Positions 39,747 through 52,897 of a DNA stretch of 64,000 nucleotides are shown piece by piece. The stretch is from Azolla caroliniana (Eukaryota; Plantae; Polypodiophyta), in NCBI GenBank assembly GCA_043228905.1, contig JBHGNT010000010.1, positions 2,728,001-2,792,000 on the forward strand, given 5' to 3'. The first letter of the stretch is position 1, and every line of letters starts with the position of its first letter. The position numbers were made by a program, and so were the translations under genes. The notes below the pieces were generated by a model. That model ran no database searches and had not been told where the DNA came from. It was given only the letters and a program-made list of their open reading frames with translations.

Positions 39747-40754
39747 GATGCACGCTGTGGGTATGCAATAAAATAAGGAGGTTCAGAAAATACACAAGCA
39801 AAATGAATGCTTGAAATTTTGATTGAAAGAACTTTATCCAAGAAAGTATCTCATGTCTTTACCCCTCTAGACATATGAGATGTAATTCGAGATCCGATAA
39901 CTATGGTAACACTATGGTGTTTTAAAAACCATGGGGGAAAACATAGCTAAGATGTATTTCTCGGATCTCTATCTTGAGTAATCATGGCGGCTCCCCGAGG
40001 CTCAACCATGGTTCTTACATCAATGAAATTTCCTAGATAGCCTTATATTAATGCCAACCCATCATGTATTATATGGTCGAGAAAGTGTATTACGTGAAAA
40101 AACAAGTGCACTCACAAGTAATATTCTAGTCTTGCGAGCAATAAGCAAACGTGATGATAAAATGATCAAATAAGGCACTACTCATAAGAGTTAAGTAGTG
40201 ACGAAAACAAGGGTAAAAAAAAAGAACCCATGTGTTACCTACGAAAAAAACAATGTCACAAATAAATGGGAAGTGCGAGGTATGCACATATACATCCCAA
40301 TATGATTGTTATAACTTGCACAATTGTGACATAAGCCACAAATTGATACAAGTGATGACGGTGTTGTGCGCAAAGATGTAATACTCAAATCCATGAGTAA
40401 AACATCAATAAGGGAACTCATATGGTTTTACTCGTTTTCTAAGGCTTGATGATAAGAGTTAAACCTAGATGACCCGTTGAAAAAAAATCGTTCAACAAAC
40501 CACTCCATACGAAAAAATAGTCTACACGTAAAGGTTACATTAAAATAAACGATGTAAATACTTTATACATGAAAAGGAAGTGGAAAAAGGAGAGTTAATT
40601 GTGGGCGGGTAAATAATAATTACTAGAAAATCATATAAGTGAAACAATACTTATGAAATTAAAATTTAATTAGAATAATCAACAATTAGGTGTATGGAAT
40701 CAAACATGCCCTAAGATACGAAACCCTAGGGTAGTTGACATGCACCTCCTCAAG

Positions 40755-41060
40755 ACCACCACATATCCCTAGAATCGGCCAAGTAATGGCTAATTAAAGA
40801 GGAAAGTGGCATATGTAAGCTACATATACCTTGTCAAGGCCACAACATCCCATAGAATCGGCCAATTGATGGCTAATTAAAAAGGAAAGTGGCATATGTA
40901 AGCTACATATACCTTGTCAAGGCCACAACATCCCATAGAATCGGCCAATTGATGGCTTAATAGAGAGTAGAGTGGCATAGGTAGGCAACATACACCTCGT
41001 CAAGGCCACATCATCCCTTAGAATCGGCCAAGTGATGGCTCAATAGAGGGGAAGAGTGGT
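40755..41060. repeat. ~82-bp tandem repeat, about 3.5 copies, in the leader of I
   Basis: CCACAACATCCCATAGAATCGGCCAA..ATGGCT..AGTGGCATA..ACCT.GTCAAGG repeated; a separate two-copy repeat follows at ~41070-41255. Confidence 0.9.
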
Positions 41061-41968
41061 ATACTCAACATCATATGCAAAACGGCCATGAGATAAGCGT
41101 GTGCGATTAGAGCAAACACGCTCGACCCAATGCACAAGAATAATTATTATCGTAAGAGTTCAAGAGAGGAGAGAGTGGGATATATATCGCAATATGCAAA
41201 AGGCCATGAGTTGAGCGTGTGCGATTAGTGCAAACACGCTCGGCCCGATGCATAATAATAAGTAAAATCGTAGCGTAGTAGGAGGTAGAAAGAAAGAGAA
41301 TAAAACGTAATACCAATTTGATTCGACCATAAAGAACGCATAATAGAAAAAGAGAAGAGATCAAAAAAGAAGAATACCGGGTTTAGAGTGTTGTTTTGAT
41401 CCTGAGAAGAGCATGACGAGCCTTGTTAGATCCCCCTCGCTCACACGCAAAAAACATCAAAACAACAAAAAAATTGTTAGTAAGGCTCTGATACCACTGT
41501 TAAGAGTCTATTACTAATCAATAGACCAAATCAAGTAAAAAGGAAGAAAATAGATTGGATAGAAGAACCCGTTCCACCCGACCACCCCCGAGCTATGATC
41601 TAGACATAGCCAACCTACCACCGACGTCCCATACCGCCGGATATTAGGATGACTAATACCTTGGAAGAGATAAACACGATCGTCGAGACGAAAGCCTAGC
41701 CTGCACCACCGGTGTCTACGACAGCAGCCTTCCGACGTCATCCCTATGAGGGTAGCTAAGCCTCATATTTATACCTTTTCCTGGGCCCCTTGAATAGATG
41801 TGCCTTTCTAAAAGGCTCTCTATTCATTGGTTGTCTAAATCATGATAGTGCATGCACATATCATTCATTCTATCCAATCATTAGTCCCCTTTTTAATAAT
41901 AGTGAACATACCCTTCACTAATGTAAATATTAGTGACCTACCCTCACCAACGTTATGTGTACATAACA

Positions 41969-44900
41969 ACTCCGACGCTTGCCGATCCGTCGGTTCTCCC
42001 ACGATGGCATCGATTTCCGCTGTGTCTGTGTCCCCTTGGCCTTCAGTCGATCCGACTCGTCCGGATCCATCTGTTGATCCGAGTCAGCTGTCTCCGACTC
42101 GTTCCAGCTCTTGTCCGAATCGGTACACTCCGTTTCGACTTCCGGCTTCAGGCCTCTCACCACATCGGACCACTTCCAAGTCTTGGCCTTCTCCATGCTT
42201 CCCTCGGCTTCTTCAGCCGGCGAACCGAAATCGATTTCTTCATTCGACTCCGCATCATGGTCAGTACCGTCGTGATGACCTCCGCACAGCATGCACTTCT
42301 CTTCCTGAGTGCACAACTCTTCTTCACAGCCGCTTGCTCCGACCTGTTCGGATGTGTCGACTTCCTTCGTCGACTCGGCTTCCTTCATCTTCTTGTCTCC
42401 TCTTCTTCCGGCTCTCCTCTTACCGACGTGTTCAACAGTTTTTTGGCCTTTGCCCGTTTAGGTAGAGACTTTGCCCTTGTTTCTCCCCCTCAAGTGCGGC
42501 ACGTCGAGATGCTGAATACCAAGCATGTCGGTAAAGTGCTGCAACTTGTCCGATCCGAGCGGCTTGGTGAAGATGTCGGCAACTTGCCGATTCGTATGAA
42601 CATACCGTAGGTCAACTTCACCGCTCAGGACCCGCTCACGCACGAAGTGGTAGTGCACCTCGATGTGCTTTGTGCGAGCATGGAACACAAGGTTCCTGGC
42701 GAGCTGCAGGCTGCTCATGTTATCGCAGTAAATCGGGATCGGGGTCGGTACCTCGATCCGCAAGTCTCGCAGCAGTCGCTAAAGCCAGATGGCTTCACAA
42801 GTGGCAACGGTAGCGGCCCGGTACTCAGCCTCAGTGCTTGACAAAGCCACTGTGGGCTGCTTCTTGCTGCTCCACGCAACGGCTGCGCTACCTATGGAGA
42901 ACATGTATCCGGAAGTGGAGCGGTGATCAGACGCATCGCCGGCCTAGTCAGCATCTGTGTAACCGACAAGCTCTTCGGGTATACCTCGCCGGTATAGCAG
43001 TCCCCGGTCCTTAGTGTCGTTGACATACCGTAATATTCGTTGCGCGCACTGAAGGTGCTCCACGGTCGGCTTCTGCATGAACTGGCTTACCATGCCGACC
43101 GGATAGCTGATGTCGGGTCGGGTGATGGTTAAGTAGATCAGGCTTCCGACAACTTGTCGGAACCGTTTCTCATTGCAGGTCGGTCCGGAGTTGGGACGGA
43201 GCTTCTAGTTCCGGTCCAGGGGTGTGGAGACAGGTCGGCAATCCGTCATGCCGAATTTATACATCATATTAAGCACGTAATGTCGTTGTGAGAGCAATAT
43301 GCCGTCGGGGGTCCGGATCACTTTGATCCCAAGAAAATAATGAAGGTTCCCCAGGTCCTTCATTTTGAATGCGTCCGACAACTGGGACTTGACGCGGTTG
43401 ATTTCGGGAAGACCCGGTCCGGTGATGACTAAATCATCCACATACAAGAGTATACATACCGGACCGTCAGAGCCTTGCCGGATGAACAATGAAGAGTCCG
43501 ACTTAGAGACAGCAAACCCCAGCTTACGCAACCGGTGTGTGATCTTCGCGTTCCAAGCTCGGGGGGCTTGCTTCAAGCCGTAAAGCGACTTCTTCAGTCG
43601 GCATACCGCCAATTTGTTCATCTCCGATTGAAACCCGGGGGGCTGAGTCATAAAGACTTCTTCTTCAAGCTCTCCTTGAAGGAAGGCGTTTTTCACATCC
43701 ATCTAGTGAAGATGCCACCCCCTTGCCGCAACAACCGCCAATACCACACGAACCGTCGTCATCTTCGCCACAGGAGCGAAGGTCTCGTCGTAGTCTATTC
43801 CGTGGGTCTGCGCGTATCCCTTCGCCACTAACCGGGCTTTGTACCAATTAACAGAACCGTCGGCGTTGTACTTGACCTTGTACACCCACTTCCATCCGAT
43901 CGATTTACAGTGACGGGGAGGATCAACTAGGTTCCAAGTTTCGTTGGCATCGAGTGCTCGCATTTCTTCGTTCATTGTGGCACGCCAATTTGCGTCCTTT
44001 GCCGCTTCTGCGTAGCTCTCCGGCTCACGCACTTCTGTCACCTTAGTCATGTACGCATAATGATGCGCCATGTATTCATTGTACCCGTACCGCACGACGG
44101 GATCCTTTTGACGGGTTGATCAACGCAACGCACTGTCACCTGATTTGAGGCCCTTCTCGGCTAGTTTGGTCTTCGTTGCCAAAGATCCGCCTTTCTCCTT
44201 TCCGGAGTCGGATACGCACCGATCCGACTCATCGTTGCCGGTTTCGAATTCCGGCATCTTCCTCTTCCCCTTCTCTTTGCGCGTGAACCGTTTCCTCGGT
44301 TCCTTGCGTGGGGAGAGCACGGTAGAGTCTCCACCACTTGCCGTCTCTTCATCCGACTGGTCCAACCGACTCAGTCGCTTGTTCGGTCCACTCAACCGTA
44401 ACGATTCCGAACTCTCATCTTGAGTCCCGGCTTCATCATCCTCTGACAGGGCTGATTCAGGCTCATTGGCCTGATCTTCCGACATTGGGTCGGGATCGGA
44501 AGTCGGAGTCGGTACGGAGTACCAGGATGCCGATTCATCGAACTCGACATCCCGGCTAACTCGGACTTCCTTCGTCTGGGGATTATAACACTTATATCCC
44601 TTTTGCTCTTGAGCATAGCTGACTAGGATGCATTTTTCCGATTTTGCATCCAGCTTTCTCCGCTTCTGATCCAGTACATGCACGTACACTATGCTGCCGA
44701 ATATCCGAAGGTGTCTTAAGTTCGGCTTGCGCTCGAAATACAGCTCATGAGCTGACACCTTGTCACCAATGCGGTTTTGTATGTAGATGGCCGTCTGGAC
44801 CGCCTCTGCCCAGTAGAACCGGGGCATGCTCTTCTCCTCCAGCATTGTCCTTGCCGCTTCGACGAGTGTCTGGTTCTTCCTTTCGGCCACACCGTTTTGC

Positions 44901-46791
44901 TCCGGTGTGTATCTGCAGCTGAACTCTCGCTGAATTCCCTTATGCTGCAGATAACTAGTGAATTGGCCGGAAAAATATTCCTTTCCGCCATCCGACCGAA
45001 GGCACTTGATTTTCCTCTCTGATTCCCGTTCCACCATCTTCTGGAGGCTCCGGAAACAGTCGAAGACTTCGCTCTTCCGCTCAACAAGGTAGATCCAAGT
45101 ATGTCGAGTATAGTCGTCGATGAAGGAGACGAAGTATCGACTCCCGCCAAGGCTTACACTTTGTGCCAGTCCCCACACATCCGAATGGATGAGATCGACC
45201 TTGTTACGGCTCCGGTTCCGTTCGGTGGGGAATGGAAGCCGATGTTGCTTCCCAAGTTGGCAGGCTTCACAAATTTCGGCTCTCCGGCCGCTGAACTTCG
45301 GCAAACCGAAAACGACTTGTTTCGTTTGCAGGTCTTGAAGCCTCCGGTAGTTGACGTGGCCTATCCGCTTGTGCCACAGGTCGATGTCCGACTCGACCTT
45401 CTGTTGTTTCGTGAACAGAGCGGTGCCAAAGTCATTGGTGTTGAGGATAAACATCCTCCCGTCTTTGCGCCCTTGCGCAATGACTTCGCCCTCATCCTCA
45501 ATGAAGCACCCGAGGTGCGTAAACCGCACCTGCATCCCCTGGTCGACAATCTGATCGACGGACACCAGGTTCTTCATGATTGTCGGAACGTGTAATACGT
45601 TCATCAGCTTCCCTTTCTGTCTGACGTGGCTTAGAGGGACTTCTCCGACATGCACAATTCGATGAGGAGTGTCGTCTCCGGTTTCGACTACTCCTAGTTG
45701 ATCCGGTTTCTCTAGAAAGGAGAACCACTCTTTGTGGCTCGTCATGTGGTTCGACGCGCCGGAATCAACATACCACACTTCCTCCTTTTTGGAAGTGGTC
45801 TTCTTCATTGAGTTTTCCTTGTGATTCATCACCAAGGTTGGCCCCTTACCGGCCTTTCCAGTTCTGGATCCTCCTGATCCATTTGCGTAGTGCGAGTTTT
45901 GCCGGCCATCCTTACCAGTCTTGGCGGATCCGGATTTGTCCGAATCGGCACGCTTTCTCCAACACTCGCTTTCCCTGTGGCCTTTTTTGCCACAGTACCA
46001 GCATTCCGTAGCGGATTTGTCTTGCCGGCCTCCTGCACCGCCTTGACTCCCCCTGCTTGTGGAAGTCCCGGAACTGCTGTCGGCACGCTCATAGTGCCTC
46101 CGTTCCTACTCTTGCCGGCCGCCTCCATTGCGTGCCGACCCACCTCTTCCACCACGCCCACGGAGCCGATCCGTTCCCGTGTACAACATTCAGCTGTCCG
46201 GGGATGCACTGGTAGATGCACCGGCGTGGTTCTCCTCTACAAGGAGCATCGTCTGTAAGTCGAAGAATGAGGGGGTATTCTCCCTTGTACACACCGCAAT
46301 CCGGAACGCTCCGAACTTGGACGCTAGGCCTCCGAGACATACCTGCACCATCTCGTCTTCCTCTACGGTAACATTGATAGAGGCGAGGAGTCGCAGATCT
46401 CCTTTATCCGGCCCGTGTAGTCTGCCACGGACATGTTCTTCTGTCGAACATTGCTCAACTCCTGTCTGAGTTGCAGCTTCCGGGCAATGGTGCTTGCGGC
46501 GAAAACCTTTTTCAGGTTCCCCCAAGCATCCTTCGGTGTCTTGGCGTCACGGATGTGGCTGAGCAGCTGATCGCCGACACTGGACGCGAAGCAGTACATC
46601 ACCCTGCTTGCCGCCTGTTCCCATACCGGGAAGTCCTTGTGTGTCGTGTCTAGCGCCGCATCATTCGCTCCTTCGACATAACTCCAGTACCCGTGTCCAA
46701 GCAGGTACTGGTGCATCTTGTAAGACCAGGATGCGTAGTTGCTCCTGTCGAGCTTCTCCACCGGGAGCGACGTAGCCATGCCTCTATCCAT
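41969..46791 (-). pseudogene. Copia H gag-pol
   Basis: Gag 46363..46791, PR-IN ORF 44120..45835, RT 43205..44095, RNase H to ~42490, then a charged extension. A few stops and frameshifts. Confidence 0.93.
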
Positions 46792-47302
46792 GTCTTCTAC
46801 TGTGTCTGTTTTCGACCTGTTAGGGTTTTCTTCTCAAGAGTAAATGTCTGCAGCAGAGGTTCTCAACCCTCGCGCTCTGATACCATGTAAACGTAAGTGT
46901 TTGCGGAAGCGTAAAACAGAGAACAACACACACACACACACACACACACAGTGAGCGAGAGAGACAGAGAGAGCATAACACAATTTCAAAATTATATCAA
47001 GACTCTGTACACACACTGTGCTAAGTAGCACTATTTATACAAGTCCTTTTGGGACTGACAGAAGTACCATGTACTTCAATGCTCACACGAGCATCTGACA
47101 CTTACTACGAGACTATAGCTACCTAGTAGTCTATCCTATACTAGGCTTCCGATTGGACTTCCAGTTACGGATTGCACCCGGCCTCCACTGCTTGCCGGTT
47201 CGGTTGCTCACCATAATACTGATTCGTTTCGCCCGATCCGTCTCGCTTACCGGCTCCGGCTTATTCAGCAGATCCGGCTCCGGTTGAGCTTGCCGCTCAA
47301 CA

Positions 47303-49480
47303 CAAATTTTAATTTCCTCCATTATGGATTAGTTTAATCCCATTTATGAGTCGATCTTCTTAGAAACCTTGCTTGATAGCATGATCCATGATAGTTGTTA
47401 TCCATTGATGAGTTTTTGGTCTTGTCCATTTCAAGAACTTACTTGCCATTAAAGTTGCAACCATTACTTTGCCATTAGAAATATTTTTTGCCCCTCTATT
47501 AACATATTCGATAGATACACATGCCGTATATGGTTTTGCAATACTCAATGTCATAGACATTATACCATTATACATATAAAGCTTAGTATGTATTGTTCCA
47601 TCTCTTTTGAATCAGTGAATTTGCCAATCATATCTTCATTTTTGCCCTTGAGTTTCTCCATGCTAACTTTGGTTGGAGTTTAAACATTTGTGTTTTCTTC
47701 TTCACTTGCATTCGATAGTATTGCCTCTTCTCCCTCCTCACCATTCTTCGATATTGATACAATGTTAAGGCTTTCCCATTTTTATTTTTGCAAGCTTGAA
47801 AAATTTGAGACGAACCTTGCATTCTTCATCAAACACATTGCATGGGAAAGTACGCATCTAATGTCCACCTACATGTGCACTAAAATATTTATACCCTACC
47901 TTGAGATTGACATCCTTCAACTTCTCCTATCGGGTGTTGAAGCATCATTTCCCTCTCATTACAAGCATGCACATACTTCATTTTGCAAATTTATCATTGT
48001 TTCTTGTAAAGTCATACACATGGTTGCAATTCTTTCAATGCACAAGGAACATGAGCTTCCATCGAAATGTTCCAGCACCTCTTCAACAACCTTTGATGCC
48101 CTTCCAGCCATTTTGGATGCTATATCAAATATTTATAAGCAATATATGACCCATTGGTGTCCCAATTTTACACTTGCCTTGTTATATATATTTTGCTTTC
48201 TTATGATGATTTTCAACCCGAGGCACTTGTGGGGAGAGCCTTTGAGGTCTTATTAATTTAGACATGCATATATGCAATGATTCCAAAAACTTTGAAATGG
48301 TATTGATATGACTTCCTCTGATAATAATGCTTGTGTGGAGTCACATTGGGTATTAAGTAGGACATTAACTCATCTAGTAGACAATTGTGGCCACCGCTTT
48401 CACCCAATATGAATGTTGCATATTCTTTTTGTTGATCATGGTGTGGGCAACTTCAATGATATGTTGATTCTTTCACTTTATTAATCCATTTAATTGCAAT
48501 GTGTATCAACATGTGAATTGTTAGCATAATCCTATTTACTAGAGGCATGTCACATATTCATGAGAGAAGTATTCTCATTAGCTGTCATCAAAAGAGTATA
48601 TGAATCACGTTTCCTAGTTGTTTTTTTACCCAAGAGAGTTTTGAAGTTGTGGAAGTGCATAAATAAATTTCCCTTTGCAAACATTAGGTATACCAATGTG
48701 TTCTAAGAGAAATCATTGATGAACGTGATAGTACCTACGTTGATAGTACCTACGTCCACCAAGTGTGTCATTTGCACGTGTCTAGGAGTCTATTCTTTAC
48801 ACTCTACTTTAGAAATATGTGGCAATGTCGCTTCCAAATTGGCATGCTTCACACACACCTTTGTCTATCCTCCTTTGAACTTTGGGAGTTGCTCATGACT
48901 CTTCGAGATTGACTTGACTATAACTTCTTTTTTTCAAAACAAAATATCCTTCCATTAGTTTAAAAAAAACTTCTCAGCTACAACATACAAAATAGATGGA
49001 AAGGAAATGACTATCCTTCCCAAGCCCGACTTGTGTAAGACAACGGCTAGCCATGGATCCTTCGTTTAACTGAGCTGGGGAAACAAATTTATATACATCT
49101 GAAGTAGAGGAAAACAAGCAACAAAATGGGGAGAAAACTTCCAGATTATCCTGCAATCTATCAATCGAAAGATAGGAATGCAACTCCAAAGCTTCTTAAA
49201 AGTTATTTTTTGTAGCAATCCATAATCCATATGTGTAGGAATATTATCATTTTCAGCTTTGAATGAACTCATCAATTCTGACGAAACAGAAGTAATGGTT
49301 TCTTGGACCAACATTATTTGAGCCTAAAACATCGGCACACACTATGCTTTCCGTAGAGATTGTGCAACTATTAGAGCCAATCTATCCCACAACTCCTCCA
49401 TCCATCTCAAAATCTAATTTCATTTCAGTATGTACTACCAATTCTCTCAAAATGTCATCATATTAGGTAAGAGGAGGCCT
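47303..49480 (-). mobile_element. Degenerate LINE, 5' part of the element split by H
   Basis: Rejoining across TSD CAAAT gives W...IH.GG..|.SNYRTI, the start of a LINE RT. Upstream sequence is decayed; outer boundary approximate. Confidence 0.6.
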
Positions 49481-49699
49481 TGCACAAACATTTGAGGATA
49501 GAGTTGTATAACATCCTCATTCTTAGACTTGACCATACATTTTGTAAGCCAATGTGTTCGATTTATTTATTTTATAACTCAATGTCGATACCCCTTTGCC
49601 CAAGTTTGCCAAGCATCTTAGATTTTACCATTGTGTCATTGAGAATAAAGATCCACTCTTCTTTTCTTCCAAATGCGACCAACCACCATTTGTCCTTGA

Positions 49700-51000
49700 C
49701 CTAGGTCCTAAAATTACCCCTTTTATTGAAGCGAACTTGAACTAGATTTCTGTGATCGTGGGACCCTCGTGGGAACATACAAGACATTCTTGATACACTT
49801 CCAATGTTCATTGTTGTTGTTGTCAAATGGGATATCTTTGATGTGCTAAATCGAATGTGTGGTATCATCACCCATCTCCACAGTCAAGTTGCTCAAGTGC
49901 TTGTAGATAATGGAACTCATCATTGTGATTGGACACAATTGGGTTCACGAACCACATGCCATCATAATCATCATTATGAGAGTTGGTGGCATAAATAGTG
50001 ACATTACTTTTCTAATTCTTATGAGAATCCATCATGATGTGACTAATCTTTTTGCAATATCATCATTTTGGTTTGTTTTGGCAGTTCTCTCCGATGTCTA
50101 AACACTTGCTTCTTATAGATTTCCTCTTACAATCCCACTCTCATATCATAATTGGGAGTTCACATGTTGTCCTCCTTTATTGTGTTACCCATTTTTCTTC
50201 TTCTCCTTTAGCTACAACCATCCGTGCCAAGGCTACCAAGGCAAATATCCATTGAATCCACCTCCATGATCCTCACATCGACTGAGACCAATGAATCATA
50301 CAATGACTTGATTTTTAAGATGTCTTCATTGACCTACGTCCCTTTTGTTGAATGTCATCCAAATCTAGATGCAATTGAAGCTTGTGAGTGTTTGTCAATG
50401 GCAAAGGTCATACTTAGATTTTCCCGTATTTCTTTGGCATCTTCACATCCCTCGAATATCCAAGGATGTGGTTTTGTATATATGTTGTGAGGCAATAAAT
50501 GGCATGTCTCACTTTTAGTTGTCATCCCAAACAGTTGTTGTCAACTATATTAAGCATCTTTTTGAGTTTTCTTTTGAAATACTCCTAATATCCTTGTTCG
50601 ACAATGTATTGGTACATCTTCTATTTCCATGATATGAAGTTATTGCGATCAGACTCACTCTCGAATACCAAAAGAAAAATTAAGGAGCTTGATGTTAGTT
50701 CTCGCACAATAGAATATAAATCTATGTCTAGTATGTGTATGTGAGAGAGACATCAACACAAGTATACCAAAGACAAGTGTGTATAATAGTAGGAAATAAA
50801 AATATACAACAAAACGACTACTTTACAAGAGTGGAGAAGGTTGATTTAAAGTTTAAACAAACATTACCTTCTCACTTATCAATACTTTGTAACTACTATA
50901 TTATTTGTCATTATAGATTTGGGTAGGATATACAATTTCTTTTACATTAACCACATCTAATAAGGGAGTTATGAACCACAAGAAATTGAACTTCTCAACA
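49700..51000 (-). mobile_element. Old Copia remnant J (LTR, PBS, gag/PR traces)
   Basis: VEMGDDTTHSI..IKDIPF protease-region trace at ~49820-49880, PBS-like TGGTATTCGAG at ~50670, LTR start TGTTGAGAA at 51000 resembling D. Confidence 0.55.
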
Positions 51001-52311
51001 ATATGTGACATTTGCTTTATAATGCCTCAATAAATTCCTCAATGAATGATTTCTTTTGGAACACTAATGTATGAAACATTGGGAGAGATGTGGTTGCTTG
51101 TGTTTGATGCACTAAATATGTTGCCCAAACGACAAAAGCATCTCCTTCCCGAACCAAGTTAACTAAACTCACCCATACATGTTAGAGCCTATCCTCTCTA
51201 TAACATGTACAATTGCTTCCACGAGACTTATCTCACAATCTCTTAAATGTGAGATATGGCATAGGGACATCACCAAGGAGACTAATCAATTATGCATTAT
51301 TTTTTGCCAAATAGAGTCACGGGTCTGTGATGATGACATAACCCCCTTTTAACCGAATAGATTCACGAGTCCCCCATATTATTGATTATGCTATACTTCA
51401 TGGTCCACTGTTGATCATGATTTAAGCTTGTCTTACCTATATTTTCAACATTTATATATCCCTATTTGTTTTAAATTTGTCTATCAATAGAACATGCACT
51501 TTAGTATCTACATTCATTGTACCATTCTTGAACATTGAGGGTCACTTATTAATTCCCCACATGAAATATGAAAATGTTTCACTTTGGTCTCATAGTTCAT
51601 ACTAGAATTTTGAGGAAAAATAATTGCAAAGTGGATAAGTGCTTATTGGATGGTTCATTTTATAGTCATTACTTGCACAACACAATGTGATGCAATGCCT
51701 CTTATTTGTGAGTGTATTGATGAATTCTAAATTACCAAATAAGATAGGGGGATGCATGGAGAAGATTAATATTAAATCATAGAAAAACTTTGTCGATATT
51801 TGTAATTTTCCATACTTTTAGAATGCGACGTGGTCCTTATCACCCCCTATGAAACCGTAACTTTTTTCTTGGGACTATTCGGGATTTTTTCAAAGTACTC
51901 CAGGATATATTTTCAAAAAATGAAACATCTTGTGGTTTTGCGATTGAGGCACAAAAGGTTCTCTCTCGCATACGATCTTCCAGAAGAAAGGGGATTGGAT
52001 GTAACACAAGGTTTTCTTTACAAACGGGATGGTCCGAAAGAAAGACTAGAAGGCAGGGGGGACAGTAAAAGCTTAGCAACAAAAATACCGTCAATGAAAG
52101 GCACGTGACACCAAGCGTATGCACATGGACACAGACAAACACACACACACGTTGTTGTTAGGGACCCACCTTTGGAAGAGAGAGAAAGAGAGAGAGAGAG
52201 AGATGAACATGTGCTATGGAAAGGAGTAAAAGAAAAGAAAGTATTGAAGAAAAGAAGGCATGGCATATGTTGACTTTTGGTGTTCTATTCTTCGTTGACT
52301 AATGGGTCATC

Positions 52312-52315
<4 letters not shown>

Positions 52316-52392
<77 letters not shown>
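52316..52392. repeat. Compound (GT)n(CT)n microsatellite upstream of NRT2
   Basis: Direct reading. Confidence 0.95.
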
Positions 52393-52396
<4 letters not shown>

Positions 52397-52897
52397 TTTT
52401 TATACAAATGGTAAGGCCACATACCACAAATTCATTCATTCCTTCATCTTCTTCATAGCTCTATTGAGGTTAGTGCTCAATATTATCAACTAGTGCTCAA
52501 TCATATGGACTCTTCCCTTCTTTATACATATGTACTTTGGTTTGCTTGATTTTGACATGACACTTCATTGGGCAGCTTCCATCACTAATCAGTGCCATAT
52601 GTTTCTTAAATTTTATATTTAAGTGGATTTGCCTTGCCTGAATCATGTATTTTAATTTTACACAATTCACCAGTAAATCGAATCTCGAGCGTCCGCATAA
52701 TCATTCATTAGCTTGACCTAAGATATTTATTTGCTGAGTAAATTTCATGAGAAAACATACAGATTCAAATTTGTGGTTTACTTATAGGCAATTTTAATAT
52801 ATATAGGGAACTTAACTTCTTAATTGTGATGAATTAGGACTAAATGGCGTCATGGTACATGGCTATGAACTGAGCTAATTCGATCAGAGGGACGGTG

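Larger units (their letters stand above)
34865..41968 (-). mobile_element. Young chromovirus-type Gypsy element I
   Basis: 471-bp LTRs 34865-35335 and 41498-41968 with one difference seen, TSD ACTCC, PBS TGGTATCAGAGC at 41496-41485, PPT next to 35336. Confidence 0.98.
34237..47302 (-). mobile_element. Ty1/Copia element H, interrupted by Gypsy I
   Basis: LTRs 34237-34649 and 46886-47302 (about 6 substitutions plus microsatellite change), TSD CAAAT, PBS TGGTATCAGAGC at 46885-46874, PPT TTGAGGGGGAG at 34660-34650. Same family as B. Confidence 0.97.

Noticed and set aside
40755-41060. CRISPR-like array
   Set aside because: Whole units repeat with no unique spacers, there are no cas genes, and it lies inside a plant retroelement.
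41842-42610. Long plus-strand ORFs of 207 and 225 aa
   Set aside because: Antisense to the GC-rich Copia H tail and spanning the I/H junction; no motifs.
52100-52897. Nitrate-responsive (NLP) element in the NRT2 promoter
   Set aside because: Only a half-site-like GGACTCTT near 52507; no correctly spaced partner.
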